This document shows positions 31,052 to 42,500 of a stretch of DNA of 64,000 nt, piece by piece (positions within the stretch are counted from its first letter, which is position 1; each line of letters starts with the position of its first letter). This stretch comes from Alphaproteobacteria bacterium. GTDB taxonomy: Bacteria; Pseudomonadota; Alphaproteobacteria; SP197. The stretch covers positions 3,136,001 to 3,200,000 of the forward strand of contig OZ219747.1 in the NCBI GenBank assembly GCA_964291265.2, given 5' to 3'. The notes below the pieces were generated by a model, which saw nothing but the letters and a program-made list of their open reading frames with translations, had not been told where the DNA came from and ran no database searches. The position numbers and the translations under genes are program-made.

Positions 31052-33490
31052 ATGAAGGGGCTGCATGATCTCCAGGTGATGGCACCCGGCTCAGAACCAG
31101 GCGGGTTGCCTTCGACATCCTTGCCGGGAGCCATCGACCGGTGGTTCATGGCCCGCGGCTGGCAACCTCGCCGTCATCAACTGGACACCCTTGACGCGGT
31201 GACACGGGGTCACTCATGCCTCGTCATCGCGCCAACCGGCGGCGGCAAGACCATCGCAGGATTCCTGTATTCCCTGGTCGAACTTGCTTCCTGCGAGGGT
31301 CACGGACTTCACACGCTCTACGTGGCGCCGCTCAAGGCACTTTGTGTCGACATGGCACGCAACCTCGACGCCTTCATCGACGAAACCGGCATCGCCGCGA
31401 GAATCGAGACCCGTACCGGCGATACACCGCAGGCACGCCGCCGCCGCCAGCGCATCGATCCGCCCGACATCCTGCTCACTACACCCGAATCCGTTGCCCT
31501 GCTGGCTTCCTGGCCGGAAGCGGGCAGCATTTTCGGTCATCTCCGGGTCGTCATTGTTGATGAAATCCACGAGCTGGCCGGAACAAAGCGGGGCGACCAG
31601 CTGGCGCTCGCCTTGACGCGTCTTTCAGCGCTCTCTCCGGGCCATCGCCGTATCGGTCTTTCCGCCACCGTGGCCGAACCGGCGAGGCTCGGGAACTATC
31701 TCGATGAAGGCGCCGGTGTCTCGGTCATCAGGGCCGATGGTGGGGCGCCGCCGGACATCGCCATCGTGATGACCGGGAACCGCACCCCGCTTGCCGGCCA
31801 TACCGCACGGCATGCCGTTCCGGACGTCTATCGTGCGATCCGTGACGTCGGAACCGCGCTTGTCTTCGTCAACACGCGCAGTCAGGCCGAACGGATGTTC
31901 CAGGATCTCTGGGAAATCAATGACGACAACCTGGGCATCGCCTTGCACCACGGCTCCCTCGCCCGCGAGCAAAGGCTGAGAGTCGAGTCGGCGATGGCCG
32001 AAGGGTCCCTGCGGGCCGTGGTGGCGACCTCGACACTCGATCTCGGCGTGGACTGGGGGGCAGTCGACCTTGTCGTCCAGATCGGCGCCCCAAAGGGTGT
32101 GGTGCGCATGCTCCAGCGCATTGGTCGGGCCCGTCACCGCCTGGAAGAACCGTCCCGGGCGTTGCTGGTACCGGCCAACCGCTTCGAACTCCTGGAGTGC
32201 CAGGCGGTTCTCGATGCCATGGGAGAGGGCATTCTGGACGGTGCCCCGCGAGAGCGGGGCGGCCTTGATGTGCTTGCCCAGCATGTCCTTGCAACCGCTG
32301 CCAGCGGGCCCTTCGATCCCGACACCCTCTACTGTGACGTGATCAAGGCTCCCCCTTATGCGAACCTCGAACGCGGCCAGTTCGATCGCATCGTCGACTA
32401 TGTCGCCACGGGCAGTTATGCCCTCGTTGCCTATGAACGCTTCCGGCGCCTTCTGGCATGTGACAATGGAATGCTGCGCATCGCCAACGAGGAGACGGCA
32501 CGGCGCTTCCGCATGAACGCCGGCACCATCGTCGAGGAAGCCAGGCTGAAGGTGCGGATGAAGAACGGCAAGGAGATCGGCGAGGTCGAGGAGCACTTCG
32601 TGCTCGGTCTATCTCCCGGCGAGACCTTCGCCTTTGCCGGGGAGGTGTGGGCGCTTGTCGGCATCAGGGAGACCGACGCGATCGTCACGAGGGCGCGCGG
32701 TGGCGAGCCGCGCGTACCGGTCTACGGCGGCGGCTCCTTTCCTCCCACCACCAACGTGGCCGGATTTCTCAGAAGGATCCTGGCGGAGCCGGCTCGGCGC
32801 GCCGTCCTCCCTGACGACGTGAGGGAGTGGCTGGGTGCTCAGGCGGAATGTTCGACCCTGCCCGGTGTCGATGATCTCCTCATCGAGGCCTTCCCCCGCG
32901 CGGGCAAGGAGTTTATCGTTGCCTATCCATTCGAAGGGCGCCCGGCTCATCAGACACTGGGCATGCTGATGACAAGGCGCATGGAACGAATGGGCGTCGG
33001 TCCTCTGGGGTTCGTCGCCAATGACTATGCCCTTGCCATCTGGAGCCTCCGCCATGTCGGGGATGTCGCGACCCTCGTCGATGAGTCGCTCCTGCTGGAG
33101 GATCTCGACGACTGGCTCTCCGAGTCCAGCCTCCTGAAACGCTCCTTCCGGAAAGTGGCGACGGTAGCCGGCCTCATCGAGCGCCAGCACCCCGGCCATC
33201 GCAAGACCGGGCGCCAGGTCACGTTCTCCACCGACCTCATCTATGATGTGCTGCGTCGCCACGAGCCCGATCATGTCCTCCTCGAGGCGGCACGAAGGGA
33301 AGCCATGGAGACGCTTCTTGAAACCCACCGCCTTGAGGACATGCTGGCGAGGGTCAAGGGACGCATTGTCCAGCGTGATCTTGATGCGGTCTCGCCTCTT
33401 GCCCTCCCGGTCATGCTGGAGGTCGGACGCCAGATGGTGGCCTCATCCGCCCTAGACGATCTCATCGACGCATTCGGAGATGATTCATGA
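31052..33490 (+). CDS. Ligase-associated DNA damage response DEXH-box helicase (Lhr-like)
   Basis: APTGGGKT, PLKAL, RTGDT, TTPES, DEIH, GLSAT, HHGSL, QRIGRARH. Confidence 0.93.
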   Translation: MKGLHDLQVMAPGSEPGGLPSTSLPGAIDRWFMARGWQPRRHQLDTLDAVTRGHSCLVIAPTGGGKTIAGFLYSLVELASCEGHGLHTLYVAPLKALCVDMARNLDAFIDETGIAARIETRTGDTPQARRRRQRIDPPDILLTTPESVALLASWPEAGSIFGHLRVVIVDEIHELAGTKRGDQLALALTRLSALSPGHRRIGLSATVAEPARLGNYLDEGAGVSVIRADGGAPPDIAIVMTGNRTPLAGHTARHAVPDVYRAIRDVGTALVFVNTRSQAERMFQDLWEINDDNLGIALHHGSLAREQRLRVESAMAEGSLRAVVATSTLDLGVDWGAVDLVVQIGAPKGVVRMLQRIGRARHRLEEPSRALLVPANRFELLECQAVLDAMGEGILDGAPRERGGLDVLAQHVLATAASGPFDPDTLYCDVIKAPPYANLERGQFDRIVDYVATGSYALVAYERFRRLLACDNGMLRIANEETARRFRMNAGTIVEEARLKVRMKNGKEIGEVEEHFVLGLSPGETFAFAGEVWALVGIRETDAIVTRARGGEPRVPVYGGGSFPPTTNVAGFLRRILAEPARRAVLPDDVREWLGAQAECSTLPGVDDLLIEAFPRAGKEFIVAYPFEGRPAHQTLGMLMTRRMERMGVGPLGFVANDYALAIWSLRHVGDVATLVDESLLLEDLDDWLSESSLLKRSFRKVATVAGLIERQHPGHRKTGRQVTFSTDLIYDVLRRHEPDHVLLEAARREAMETLLETHRLEDMLARVKGRIVQRDLDAVSPLALPVMLEVGRQMVASSALDDLIDAFGDDS

Positions 33491-34167
33491 TCGTCAACGG
33501 TGCGATGCTGCAGCCGGACCCGGCCGGAGTCCTCCACTGGGCTGACGCGAGCCTGCTTGCTGTCGCCGATCTTCATCTGGGCAAGGGGAAGGCCTTCGCC
33601 CGTCACGGATCATTGCTGCCACCGCATGACACGAACGCTACCATCCAGCGCCTGGCGGAAGCCATCGCCCGACTTGAACCGGAGTGCGTCGTCTGTCTCG
33701 GCGACAGCTTTCACGATCGCGAGGCTGTCGGCGGACTGGACCAGGTCTCTCTTGCGACGCTGGAGGATCTGGCATGTGGGCGTGACTGGATCTGGATTGC
33801 CGGCAACCACGACCCGGCGCCGCCCGCAATGCTCTCCGGGCGCGCCATGGAGACCTTCAGGAAGGGTGGTCTGACATTCCGCCACGAACCGTCGTGCGCC
33901 ATGGTGGCAGGCGAGGTCTCGGGTCACCTCCATCCTTCGGCCGTCATTGCCCCGAAGGGGACGAGAATTCGACGCCGCTGTTTCGCCGGCGACGAAAGAC
34001 GGGTCATCCTGCCGGCGTTTGGCGCCTATGCGGGCGGGCTCGATGTTCACGAAAGGGCGTTTTCCGGATTGTTTCCGACGGGTTTCGATGTCTGGCTTGT
34101 CGGGAGCAGGGAGATGCGACGCATCTCCGGTGAACGTCTGGTCCGGCCCGCATGGATTGAGTCGTGA
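33487..34167 (+). CDS. pdeM: Ligase-associated DNA damage response endonuclease (metallophosphoesterase)
   Basis: VADLHLGK, LGDSFHD, GNHD, SGHLHP, LPAFG; coupled to the Lhr-like helicase. Confidence 0.88.
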   Translation: MIVNGAMLQPDPAGVLHWADASLLAVADLHLGKGKAFARHGSLLPPHDTNATIQRLAEAIARLEPECVVCLGDSFHDREAVGGLDQVSLATLEDLACGRDWIWIAGNHDPAPPAMLSGRAMETFRKGGLTFRHEPSCAMVAGEVSGHLHPSAVIAPKGTRIRRRCFAGDERRVILPAFGAYAGGLDVHERAFSGLFPTGFDVWLVGSREMRRISGERLVRPAWIES

Positions 34168-34856
34168 CCGGCGAGGAGATGCAGCACATGACCGACGCGC
34201 AACCACATCCGCCCGACCACCCCAGACGCAGGATATGGGCGCGACTGCGAGCCTACTTCATCACCGGCATCATCGTCGTGGCGCCCCTGGCCCTGACGGT
34301 CTATCTCGTCACGTTCATCGTCGGCTTCATCGACGAGAATGTGCTGCCGCTGCTGGGCGAAACCTGGAATCCGGAGAACTACCTGCCCTTTGCCGTGCCT
34401 GGCATCGGGGTGGTCATCTTCGTGGTCGCCATCACCTTCACCGGCTGGCTGGCCACCGGACTGATCGGCCGCACCGTGGTCAGCATGGGAGAACGGCTGC
34501 TCGAACGCATGCCGGTGGTTCGTTCGGTCTATTCGGTGTTCAAGCAGATATTCGAGACCGTCTTTTCGCACGATTCCAGGGCCTTTCGCGACGTCGTGCT
34601 GATCTCGTGGCCACGCAAGGGATGCTGGGCCATCGGATTCGCCACGGGGTCTGCGAAAGGGGAGGTACGGGACGCCATCGGCGACGATGTGGTCAACATC
34701 TTCCTGCCGACAACGCCCAATCCGACATCGGGCTACCTGCTGTTCCTGCCCAGGAAGGACGTCGTCTTTCTCGACATGTCGGTCGAACAGGGCATCAAGC
34801 TGGTGATTTCCGGTGGCGTGGTGACGCCCGAGATGGTGGCCGCCAACACCCGTTGA
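34164..34856 (+). CDS. DUF502 domain membrane protein
   Basis: YFITGIIVVAP, RSVYSVFKQI, FLPTTPNPTSGYL, KLVISGG. Confidence 0.92.
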   Translation: MTGEEMQHMTDAQPHPPDHPRRRIWARLRAYFITGIIVVAPLALTVYLVTFIVGFIDENVLPLLGETWNPENYLPFAVPGIGVVIFVVAITFTGWLATGLIGRTVVSMGERLLERMPVVRSVYSVFKQIFETVFSHDSRAFRDVVLISWPRKGCWAIGFATGSAKGEVRDAIGDDVVNIFLPTTPNPTSGYLLFLPRKDVVFLDMSVEQGIKLVISGGVVTPEMVAANTR

Positions 34857-35423
34857 TCGGGTCGCATTCCAGGGAACACGATCACATGGCGCCCATGGCA
34901 GGTCCCTGCCAAGCGCAGGTCATGGGGGTCGTCCTGGTTCGGGAACCGTCCGCGCGTGATTCGACGAGGAAGCAGCAGGCGAGAGGGGGTGGGCGACCGC
35001 AGGCAAGCGGACAAGGCTTGCCGTCATGTCGGTTATCCTGCTCGGGTATGCATTTTCGATTTCCAGTGCGACAGTCGAGTTTGCATGACCGGGTGAGTTT
35101 CCGTCCGGACGCTCTGATCCGGGGGAAACGGTGATGGCGGCATGGTACGGATCAAGGGCGACGACGGGCCTGGACTGTCTGTTCAGGCTGCGCCTGATCA
35201 GGGGCGCGCGGCGGCTTGCCGAGCGTCTGATGGGCCGGGAAGGCCGGCAGGATGCAGGCTGAGGCCCGGGAGGGGGCCGGGTTTCGCCTGCAGGGCTGGA
35301 GCCGGTCGTGCGGTTGCGACATGGAGAAGCTCAGGCCTCCGGCAGATGAGCAACTTGTTGTCCGAACCGCTTGATGGCGTCTCTCAATGTGTGCATATAT
35401 ATGCGCATCTTTCGAGTGGCGCG

Positions 35424-35612
35424 ATGGAAACCAACCGAAGCAAGATCAAGCGCAGGCTGGAAAGGGAAGGCTGGCAGCTGACCCGTCACGGCTCCAATCA
35501 CGACATCTACCGACACACTCGCAGAAGCGGCACCATCACGTTGCCCCGCCACCGGACCTTCAGCCCAATGGTCGCCCGCTCCATTGCCGCAAAGGCCGGC
35601 TGGACGGACTAG
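35424..35612 (+). CDS. hicA: HicA family toxin
   Basis: 62 aa; RLEREGW...HGSNHDIYRH, ITLPRH, SIAAKAGW. Confidence 0.88.
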   Translation: METNRSKIKRRLEREGWQLTRHGSNHDIYRHTRRSGTITLPRHRTFSPMVARSIAAKAGWTD

Positions 35613-35624
35613 GAGGAAGCAGTC

Positions 35625-36011
35625 ATGACTCGATATCCCGCACTGATTGACGGAGAGACTGGAGCTTACGGCGTCACGTTCCCGGACCTGCCGGGTATCG
35701 TTGCCATGGGAAAGACACTCGATGACGCGCTCGTCAACGCCGAGGAAGCACTGCGCGACTGCGTGATCGAAGCGGAAAGGCACGGAGAAAGGGTTGCCGT
35801 CCCGACCGCCATTGAGAGTGTGGACACCCCGCATGGGTGTACACTCGTCTCCGTTCCACTGATTCAACCTTCGGGCCGCAGCGTCCGCGCCAATCTGTCC
35901 CTCGACGAGGGTGTCGCAGCCTTCATCGACGACGAGGCGAGACGGCGCGGAATGACGCGCACGGCCTACGTGGAATGGATGGCGCGGCGCGTTGCCCAGA
36001 TGGGGGGATAG
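35625..36011 (+). CDS. hicB: HicB family antitoxin with C-terminal ribbon-helix-helix-like region
   Basis: AGGAGG RBS; YGVTFPDLPG..AMGKTLDDAL.NAEEAL; RANLSLDEG...ID..A..RGMTR. Confidence 0.92.
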   Translation: MTRYPALIDGETGAYGVTFPDLPGIVAMGKTLDDALVNAEEALRDCVIEAERHGERVAVPTAIESVDTPHGCTLVSVPLIQPSGRSVRANLSLDEGVAAFIDDEARRRGMTRTAYVEWMARRVAQMGG

Positions 36012-36194
36012 GTGATTCATGGCACGTGCACGTACACCCGTCGCGCTTCGCAACTCCGCGGCCAAGAGAGACCTCGCAAGAGTGAGCTGCTCTGGGAGAT
36101 GATCGTGCCCCCTTTGGCTCAAATCTCAAGGATGGCGCGGAGTCGCAAGGCGGCACAGGGCATCCGAAAGACGTCTGGATCTGGACCGGTTGCA

Positions 36195-36290
36195 GACCTG
36201 TTTCCGCGTTGAGGGCAAGGAGGTTGCTGTCGCGATCCAGATACTGATGATCTGCGAAAGCAGTCTCCTTGACTGCTTGATGTCCGCCTT
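36195..36290 (-). pseudogene. Remnant of a methyl-accepting chemotaxis protein signalling domain
   Basis: Across a frameshift the minus strand reads IKQS..LSQIISI.IA / SNLLALNA, resembling the MCP motif ISxIIxVIxxIAxQTNLLALNA. Confidence 0.45.
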
Positions 36291-36379
36291 CGGCAAGGTG
36301 CAGGCGTTGTCCAGACCGGCGAGTGGCATGAGTCCGGCATGGTCATGTCGGGCTCGTCTGCACCGTTCAATGCGGCGCG

Positions 36380-36945
36380 CATGGCGGAGGCAGCTGTTCT
36401 CCCTGGTGGTGATACCGACACCGCACACGAGGTTTGCCCAAGCGCGGCGGAAGCGTTCGGATCTTGATGAGAGCGTGGACGGTGAGGGAGAACTGTCCAC
36501 CGGCGATGCGCCATCGCATGCCGGATCGCTTCATTCTCTGTGTGACGAGCGTTTTTTGGTGGCTTCGGCGACAACACCCGAGCCGATGGCGGTGCTTCGG
36601 TCTCCGAGGTTGCGGTATCGCATGCGCTTGCGGAAGAAGGCGAGTTCGCGCTCGATGGCCGCGCGCGCAGCGCGGGTTCCTGGCGGGCTTGTCGCGGACG
36701 TAGCGCGGTGCCCTCATGGCCCCAGGCGCTGCCTTGGGATCTTGTCGCAGGATATGGCGGCAAGCCTCGAACTGGCGGGAATCGACGCCAAGGTCGGAGG
36801 CTGTGCGGAGATGCTCGCAGGCGTGCAGCGCGCGTTCCGGAACGCCAGGAGCCACCTCCGGATCCGCCCGGTCTGCGTCTCCTCGCCGGATTCCGTCCGT
36901 GCCCACGTGTTCCTGTGCATGCCGGCCCTGCACAGTCTTGGATAG
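36380..36945 (-). pseudogene. Frameshifted ISKra4-like transposase remnant
   Basis: Fragments HACEHLR, ILRQDP, IERELAFFRK.MRY, AIGSG, KTLVTQRMKRSGMRWRIAGGQ are homologous to the intact copy at 51675-53063. Confidence 0.85.
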
Positions 36946-37099
36946 CGGGGTGATCCACCGTCGCAACAAGCCGCCGTTCCTATCGCGCTTCCGGCATGTC
37001 GCCACCTGAAGGAACGCGACGAAGCCCATCGTGTGCCGCCGCTGATGGGTCAGCGTGAGGGAGAGGCCTTGACTGTCGGGGCCTCGCGGTTGGTGAGCA

Positions 37100-39184
37100 T
37101 CAACCGGATGCGAGGAACCTGACGGCCTCCTGCCGCTCGAAGAGATGGAGGAGGACGGAAAGGGCACGACCTCGTTCGCCCTCGAGGCCGGGATCGCGGG
37201 CAAGAATGAGCCTGGCGTCGTCGTGGGCAGCCTGGAGAAGGCGCGTTGCGGCGCTTTGGTCTGCGAGACGGAATCTCGGCAGACCGCTTTGCCTTGCGCC
37301 GAGCAGTTCTCCCCCTCCTCTCAGGCGCAGATCCTCTTCGGCGATCTCGAAACCGTCATTGCTGTGCCTGAGGATCTCGAGACGCCTGCGTGCCGTGTCG
37401 TTGAGGGGAGGAACGTAGAGCAGCAGGCACGATGACGGGGTGCTGCCGCGCCCGACCCGGCCGCGGAGCTGGTGCAACTGGGCGAGACCGAAACGCTCGG
37501 CATGTTCGATGACCATGATGGTGGCCTGTGCCACGTCGAGACCAACCTCGACCGCCGTCGTCGCCACGAGGACGGCAATGGCGCCATTGGCGAATCCCGC
37601 AAGCACATCGTCCTTGTCAGCGGTGCTCATGCGTCCGTGTATGAGACCGACCCGTTCTCCGAAGACCCGCTTGAGATGGCGAAACCGGTCTTCGGCAGCG
37701 ACCATGTCGTGCGCTTCGTTCTGCTCGATGGCAGGGCAGATCCAGTAAGCCCGGTCGCCACGTCCGATGGCGCGGCCGAGGGCTGTCACCACTTCGTCGA
37801 GGCGTGCGGTCGGCATGGCGCGCGTGGTGATGTCCTGGCGTCCAGGCAGGCGTTCGTCAAGACGAGTCACGTCGAGACCGCCGTAACCCGTCATCTGCAG
37901 GGTTCGTGGTATGGGCGTGGCGGTCATCACAAGCGTGTCGACAGCGTGTCCCTTGGCTGCCAGGGCAATGCGCTGGTGCACGCCGAAACGATGCTGTTCA
38001 TCGACGACGATGAGCGCCAGGTCATGGAATTCGGTGCCTCCGGACAACAGGGCATGGGTTCCGACAGCCAGATGCGACATTCCGTTGGCGATTCCCCGAA
38101 GACCGGCGTCGCGCTTCGCTCTCCGGTCACGTCCGGTCACGAGAACAATGTCGATGCCGGTGCCGCATGTGAGATCGACGATGGTGCGATAGTGCTGTCG
38201 GGCGAGGATTTCCGTGGGCGCCAGCAACGCAGCCTGATGACCGGCCTCCACCGCCGCCAGCATGGCCTGCACGGCCACCAGTGTCTTGCCGCTTCCCACG
38301 TCACCCTGCAGGAGACGCAGCATGGGAAAGGGGGCCTCCATGTCGAGAATGATGTCGCGGACCGCGCCGTTCTGTGCCTGCGTCATGCGGAAGGGAAGCG
38401 AACGCTCAACTCGTGTGCGCAGGCTGCCGTCGCCTCTGAGCGAGCGGCCAGACGTTGACCGCCGTCCGGCTTTCACCAGAGCCAGAGCGAGCTGGTTGCC
38501 AAGGAGTTCGTCGAAGGCGAGGCGATCACGCGCCTCGGGGTCTCCAGAGAGTTCATCCAGGTCCCGGGGCCGGTGAATGCGCCTGATCGCGTCGGACCAC
38601 GATGGCCAGCCGTTCTGCTTCAGCCATGCCCGGTCCTGCCACTCGGGCAGTTCCGGGGTGCGTTCCAGTGCCAGCGCGATGAGTCGTCGCATGGTTGGCG
38701 CGCCGAGACCCCCCACAAGGGAATAGACCGGTTCCAGGTGTGCCAGGCAGTCGCTGCCACCCGGCTCCGCAACGTGGTCGGGGTGGACCATCTTCAGGCG
38801 GTCGGCGAATTGTTCAATCCGGCCGCTTACGAGTTTCCTCGAACCGATGGGGAGAAGTTTCGTGAGCCACGACTCGCTGGCACGGAAGTAGACGAGATCG
38901 AGTTTCCGGCCGGTATCGTCTGTCGTCACGATTCGCCAGGGATGACGCGGCGTTCCCGGGCGCCTGTGGCTTTCCACAGTCACGTGAACACTGACCAGGG
39001 TCCCCGGAGCGGCCCCCTCGAGATCAGGAACTTGCCGGCGATTGATGATGGAGGTTGGCAGGTGCCAGAGGAGATCCACGATTCTGGGGCCGGCCAGGCC
39101 AGAAATCAGCGAGGCGGTCCTGTTGCCGACTCGCGGAAGCGCCGTCACCGGTTCAAACAGGGGGAAGAGAATCGCCGGTCTCAT
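37100..39184 (-). CDS. recG: ATP-dependent DNA helicase RecG
   Basis: MRPAILFPLF, RLAFDEL, LLQGDVGSGKT, DEQHRFG, MTATPIPRT, AERFGLAQLHQLRGRVGRG. Confidence 0.97.
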   Translation of the reverse strand: MRPAILFPLFEPVTALPRVGNRTASLISGLAGPRIVDLLWHLPTSIINRRQVPDLEGAAPGTLVSVHVTVESHRRPGTPRHPWRIVTTDDTGRKLDLVYFRASESWLTKLLPIGSRKLVSGRIEQFADRLKMVHPDHVAEPGGSDCLAHLEPVYSLVGGLGAPTMRRLIALALERTPELPEWQDRAWLKQNGWPSWSDAIRRIHRPRDLDELSGDPEARDRLAFDELLGNQLALALVKAGRRSTSGRSLRGDGSLRTRVERSLPFRMTQAQNGAVRDIILDMEAPFPMLRLLQGDVGSGKTLVAVQAMLAAVEAGHQAALLAPTEILARQHYRTIVDLTCGTGIDIVLVTGRDRRAKRDAGLRGIANGMSHLAVGTHALLSGGTEFHDLALIVVDEQHRFGVHQRIALAAKGHAVDTLVMTATPIPRTLQMTGYGGLDVTRLDERLPGRQDITTRAMPTARLDEVVTALGRAIGRGDRAYWICPAIEQNEAHDMVAAEDRFRHLKRVFGERVGLIHGRMSTADKDDVLAGFANGAIAVLVATTAVEVGLDVAQATIMVIEHAERFGLAQLHQLRGRVGRGSTPSSCLLLYVPPLNDTARRRLEILRHSNDGFEIAEEDLRLRGGGELLGARQSGLPRFRLADQSAATRLLQAAHDDARLILARDPGLEGERGRALSVLLHLFERQEAVRFLASG

Positions 39185-39272
39185 GGGCGACGAGCATACA
39201 CCGGCACTGGAGTGTCCGTGACATCGCCTGGATCACGCTTTAGATGGAGCCTTCCCTGTGCTGGCGCGGCGC

Positions 39273-39533
39273 ATGACAGAAGACGACAACGCACACCTGC
39301 AACGGCTTCGCTACCGGGCATCGCGTCGCGGTTCCCGTGAGCTTGACCTGTTGCTCGGGAGATATGCCGAACATGCGCTTGAAGCGATGAACGAGGACGA
39401 GCTTGAAGAGTTCGCCGCGTTTCTCAGGTGCCCGGATCCCCTCATTCAAGCGTGGATCATGAACGGTGACGAGGCTGCCGCAGGGGAGTTTGGAGAACTT
39501 GTAAAGCGGATTCAATTATTTCATGCACATTGA
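39273..39533 (+). CDS. sdhE: Succinate dehydrogenase assembly factor 2 (SdhE)
   Basis: RLRYRASRRGSRELDLLLG; conserved position between recG and mfd. Confidence 0.9.
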   Translation: MTEDDNAHLQRLRYRASRRGSRELDLLLGRYAEHALEAMNEDELEEFAAFLRCPDPLIQAWIMNGDEAAAGEFGELVKRIQLFHAH

Positions 39534-42500
39534 TACATTACCGGCCCATGTCATTGATTCACTGAGATCTGGTGTTCTGAACACGGTATCGGGCGTACCG
39601 GAAGGGGTGGACGCCGTTCTGCTCGCAGGACTGCTTCAGCGCCATCCGGCACGCGATATCCTGATGGTTCTTCACGATGAGGAGCGGGCGCGGCGGCTGG
39701 CAGGCGCCCTCTCGTTTCTTGGAATCGGCGATTGCACACGGCTCTTTCCGGCCTGGGACTGTCTTCCCTATGACAGGGTGTCGCCGCATCCCGCCGTGGC
39801 GGGAGTGCGCCTCGCCCTCATGGGAGACCTGTGCGAACGACCCCCGGGCTCCGGTGGTCTTGTCGTGCTCACCACGGCACGGGCGATGCTGCAACGGGTC
39901 CCGCCGCCTACGTCGTGGCATGGCCGGCGCAAGCTCCTGCACAAGGGTGACAAGACGGATCCGGCCGCGCTCTTTCGCGATCTTCTCGCCATGGGTTACT
40001 CTAGGACAAGCGTGGTCATGGAGCAGGGAGACTGTGCGGCGCGGGGTGATATTCTCGATGTCTTTCCGCCCGCCCTGGCAGAACCCGCTCGTCTCGATTT
40101 TTTCGGAGACGAGGTCACCGGCATCCGTGCCTTTGATCCGCTGACCCAGCGTTCGACGGGACTCCTGGAGAGTCTCTCAATCGACCCGGCGAGCGAGGTG
40201 GCGCTCGACCCTGCCTCGATCAGGCTGTTCCGGGATCACTGGCGCGAACTCTTCGGCATGAACGCTCTTGCTGATCCCATCTATGAATCAGCTGTCGAGG
40301 GTGTGCGCACACCGGGAATGGAACACTGGCTCAGCCTCTTCTACCCGACCCTCGGCGCCTTTCCGGACTATCTCGGCGAGGACTGGATCCTGGTCTTCAC
40401 CGGAGATGTCGAGAACGCGTTGCGCGTCCACCTCGACACCGTCGAGGACCATTACGAGCACCGCGCGTCCGGGGATGCGGATGACGGTGTCGCCTATCAC
40501 GCCCCACCTCCCGAGGGTCTCTACCTCTCGATCGATGACTGGGCGACGATGGCGGGGAAGCGCACGGCCGTCAGACTGCTGGCCGAGACCCCTGATGCGG
40601 CCTCCGAAGAGGCGGTTGATGCCGGAGGACTGCGATCTCGGGACTTCCGCCTCGAGCGCATGAACGTTCGCATGCAACTCTTCGATTCCGTTGCCCGTCA
40701 CATTGCAGACGAGCAGGAAAAGGGCCGCCGGGTGATTGTTGCGGCGCTGGGAGAAGCGAGTCAGGGCAATCTTGCGACCATGCTGGAGAGTCACGGCGTC
40801 AAGGAAGTGGCGAAGGCAGGGGAGGACGACTGGCCTCAGGTGCCGGACACATGCGTTCCCGTCGTCGTTCTGCCGCTCGAGCATGGATTCGTGACAGGGG
40901 ATCTCAGTATTGTTGCCGAGCAGGACATTATCGGCGACCGAATCATGACACCGCGCCGGCGGCGCACGAAGCGTGATGCCGAGCGGTTTCTTCTGGAGGT
41001 GTCGCAGCTCGCCGAGGGCGACCATGTCGTTCACATCGACCACGGTATCGGTGTGTTCGAGGGCCTTCACACTGTCACGCTCGGCGGTGCGCCTCATGAC
41101 TGCCTGCGCATTCACTATGCGGGTGACGACGCCCTGCTCGTGCCGGTCGAGAACATCGAAACCCTGTCCCGCTACGGTTCGCACGATGTGCGTGTCCAGC
41201 TGGACCGTCTTGGCAGCGCCGCCTGGCAGGCACGTCAGGCGCGTCTTGCCAACCGCATCGAGGAGATGGCGGGAGACCTCCTCAAGACGGCCTCCGAGAG
41301 GCTCTTGCAGCCGGGACCCGTCATTCGCGTCGAAGAAGGGGCCTACACCGAATTCTGCTCACGCTTTTGCTTCCAGGAGACCGAGGATCAGGCGAAGGCC
41401 ATTGACGAGGTGTTCGATGACATGGCCTCGGGCCGCGCCATGGACAGGCTGGTGTGTGGCGACGTCGGTTTCGGCAAGACCGAGGTGGCCCTGCGCGCCG
41501 CGCTCGCCGCCGTTCTTGAAGGATACCAGGTGGCGGTGGTGGCTCCGACGACGCTGCTCGCCCGGCAGCACCACGAGACCTTTGTCGAACGGTTCCGGCA
41601 CCTGCCCGTCAACATTGCCCTGCTGTCCCGTCTCGTGACTTCCGGTGACGCATCGAGGACAAGGAAGGGAGTTGCGGCCGGGACCGTCGATATCGTGATC
41701 GGCACCCACGCCCTGCTGTCCCGCTCCATGTCCTTCGCCAACCTGGGTCTTCTCGTGATTGACGAGGAACAGCAATTCGGTGTGACCCACAAGGAGAGAC
41801 TCAAGCAGATCAAGGCCAATGTCCATGTCCTGACCCTGACCGCGACACCGATACCACGGACCCTGCAGATGGCGCTGAGCGGGGTGCGTGATCTCAGTCT
41901 CATCGTCACGCCGCCCGTCGATCGGCTCGCCATCAGGACGTTTGTCGGCACCTACGATTCGGTCACCATTCGCGAGGCGATCAGGCGCGAGCGCATGCGG
42001 GGCGGCCAGATCTATGTCGTGTGTCCCAGGGTGGCGGACCTCGGACGCATGCGCAAGGATCTGCAGAAGCTGGTCCCGGAAGCGCGGATCGCCGCTGCGC
42101 ACGGCAAACTGGATCCGGACAATCTCGAGAGCATCATGACGGCCTTCTACGAAGGCCGGATCGACATCCTGGTCTCCACCACGATCATCCAGTCCGGCCT
42201 CGACATTCCCAATGCCAACACGATGATCATTCACCGTTGCGATCGCTTCGGCCTGGGGCAGCTCTACCAGTTGCGCGGACGCATCGGCCGCTCCAGGGTG
42301 CGCGCCTATGCCTACATCACCCTGCCGCCCGGCATGAAACCCGGCAGGGACGCGATGCGGCGCCTCAAGGCTCTTTCTCAGATGGATTCGCTCGGCGCAG
42401 GGTTCTCCCTGGCAAGCCGCGACCTCGAGATTCGCGGCGCCGGCAATCTTCTTGGCCGGGAGCAGTCAGGTCACATCCGCGAAGTCGGGGTGGAACTCTA

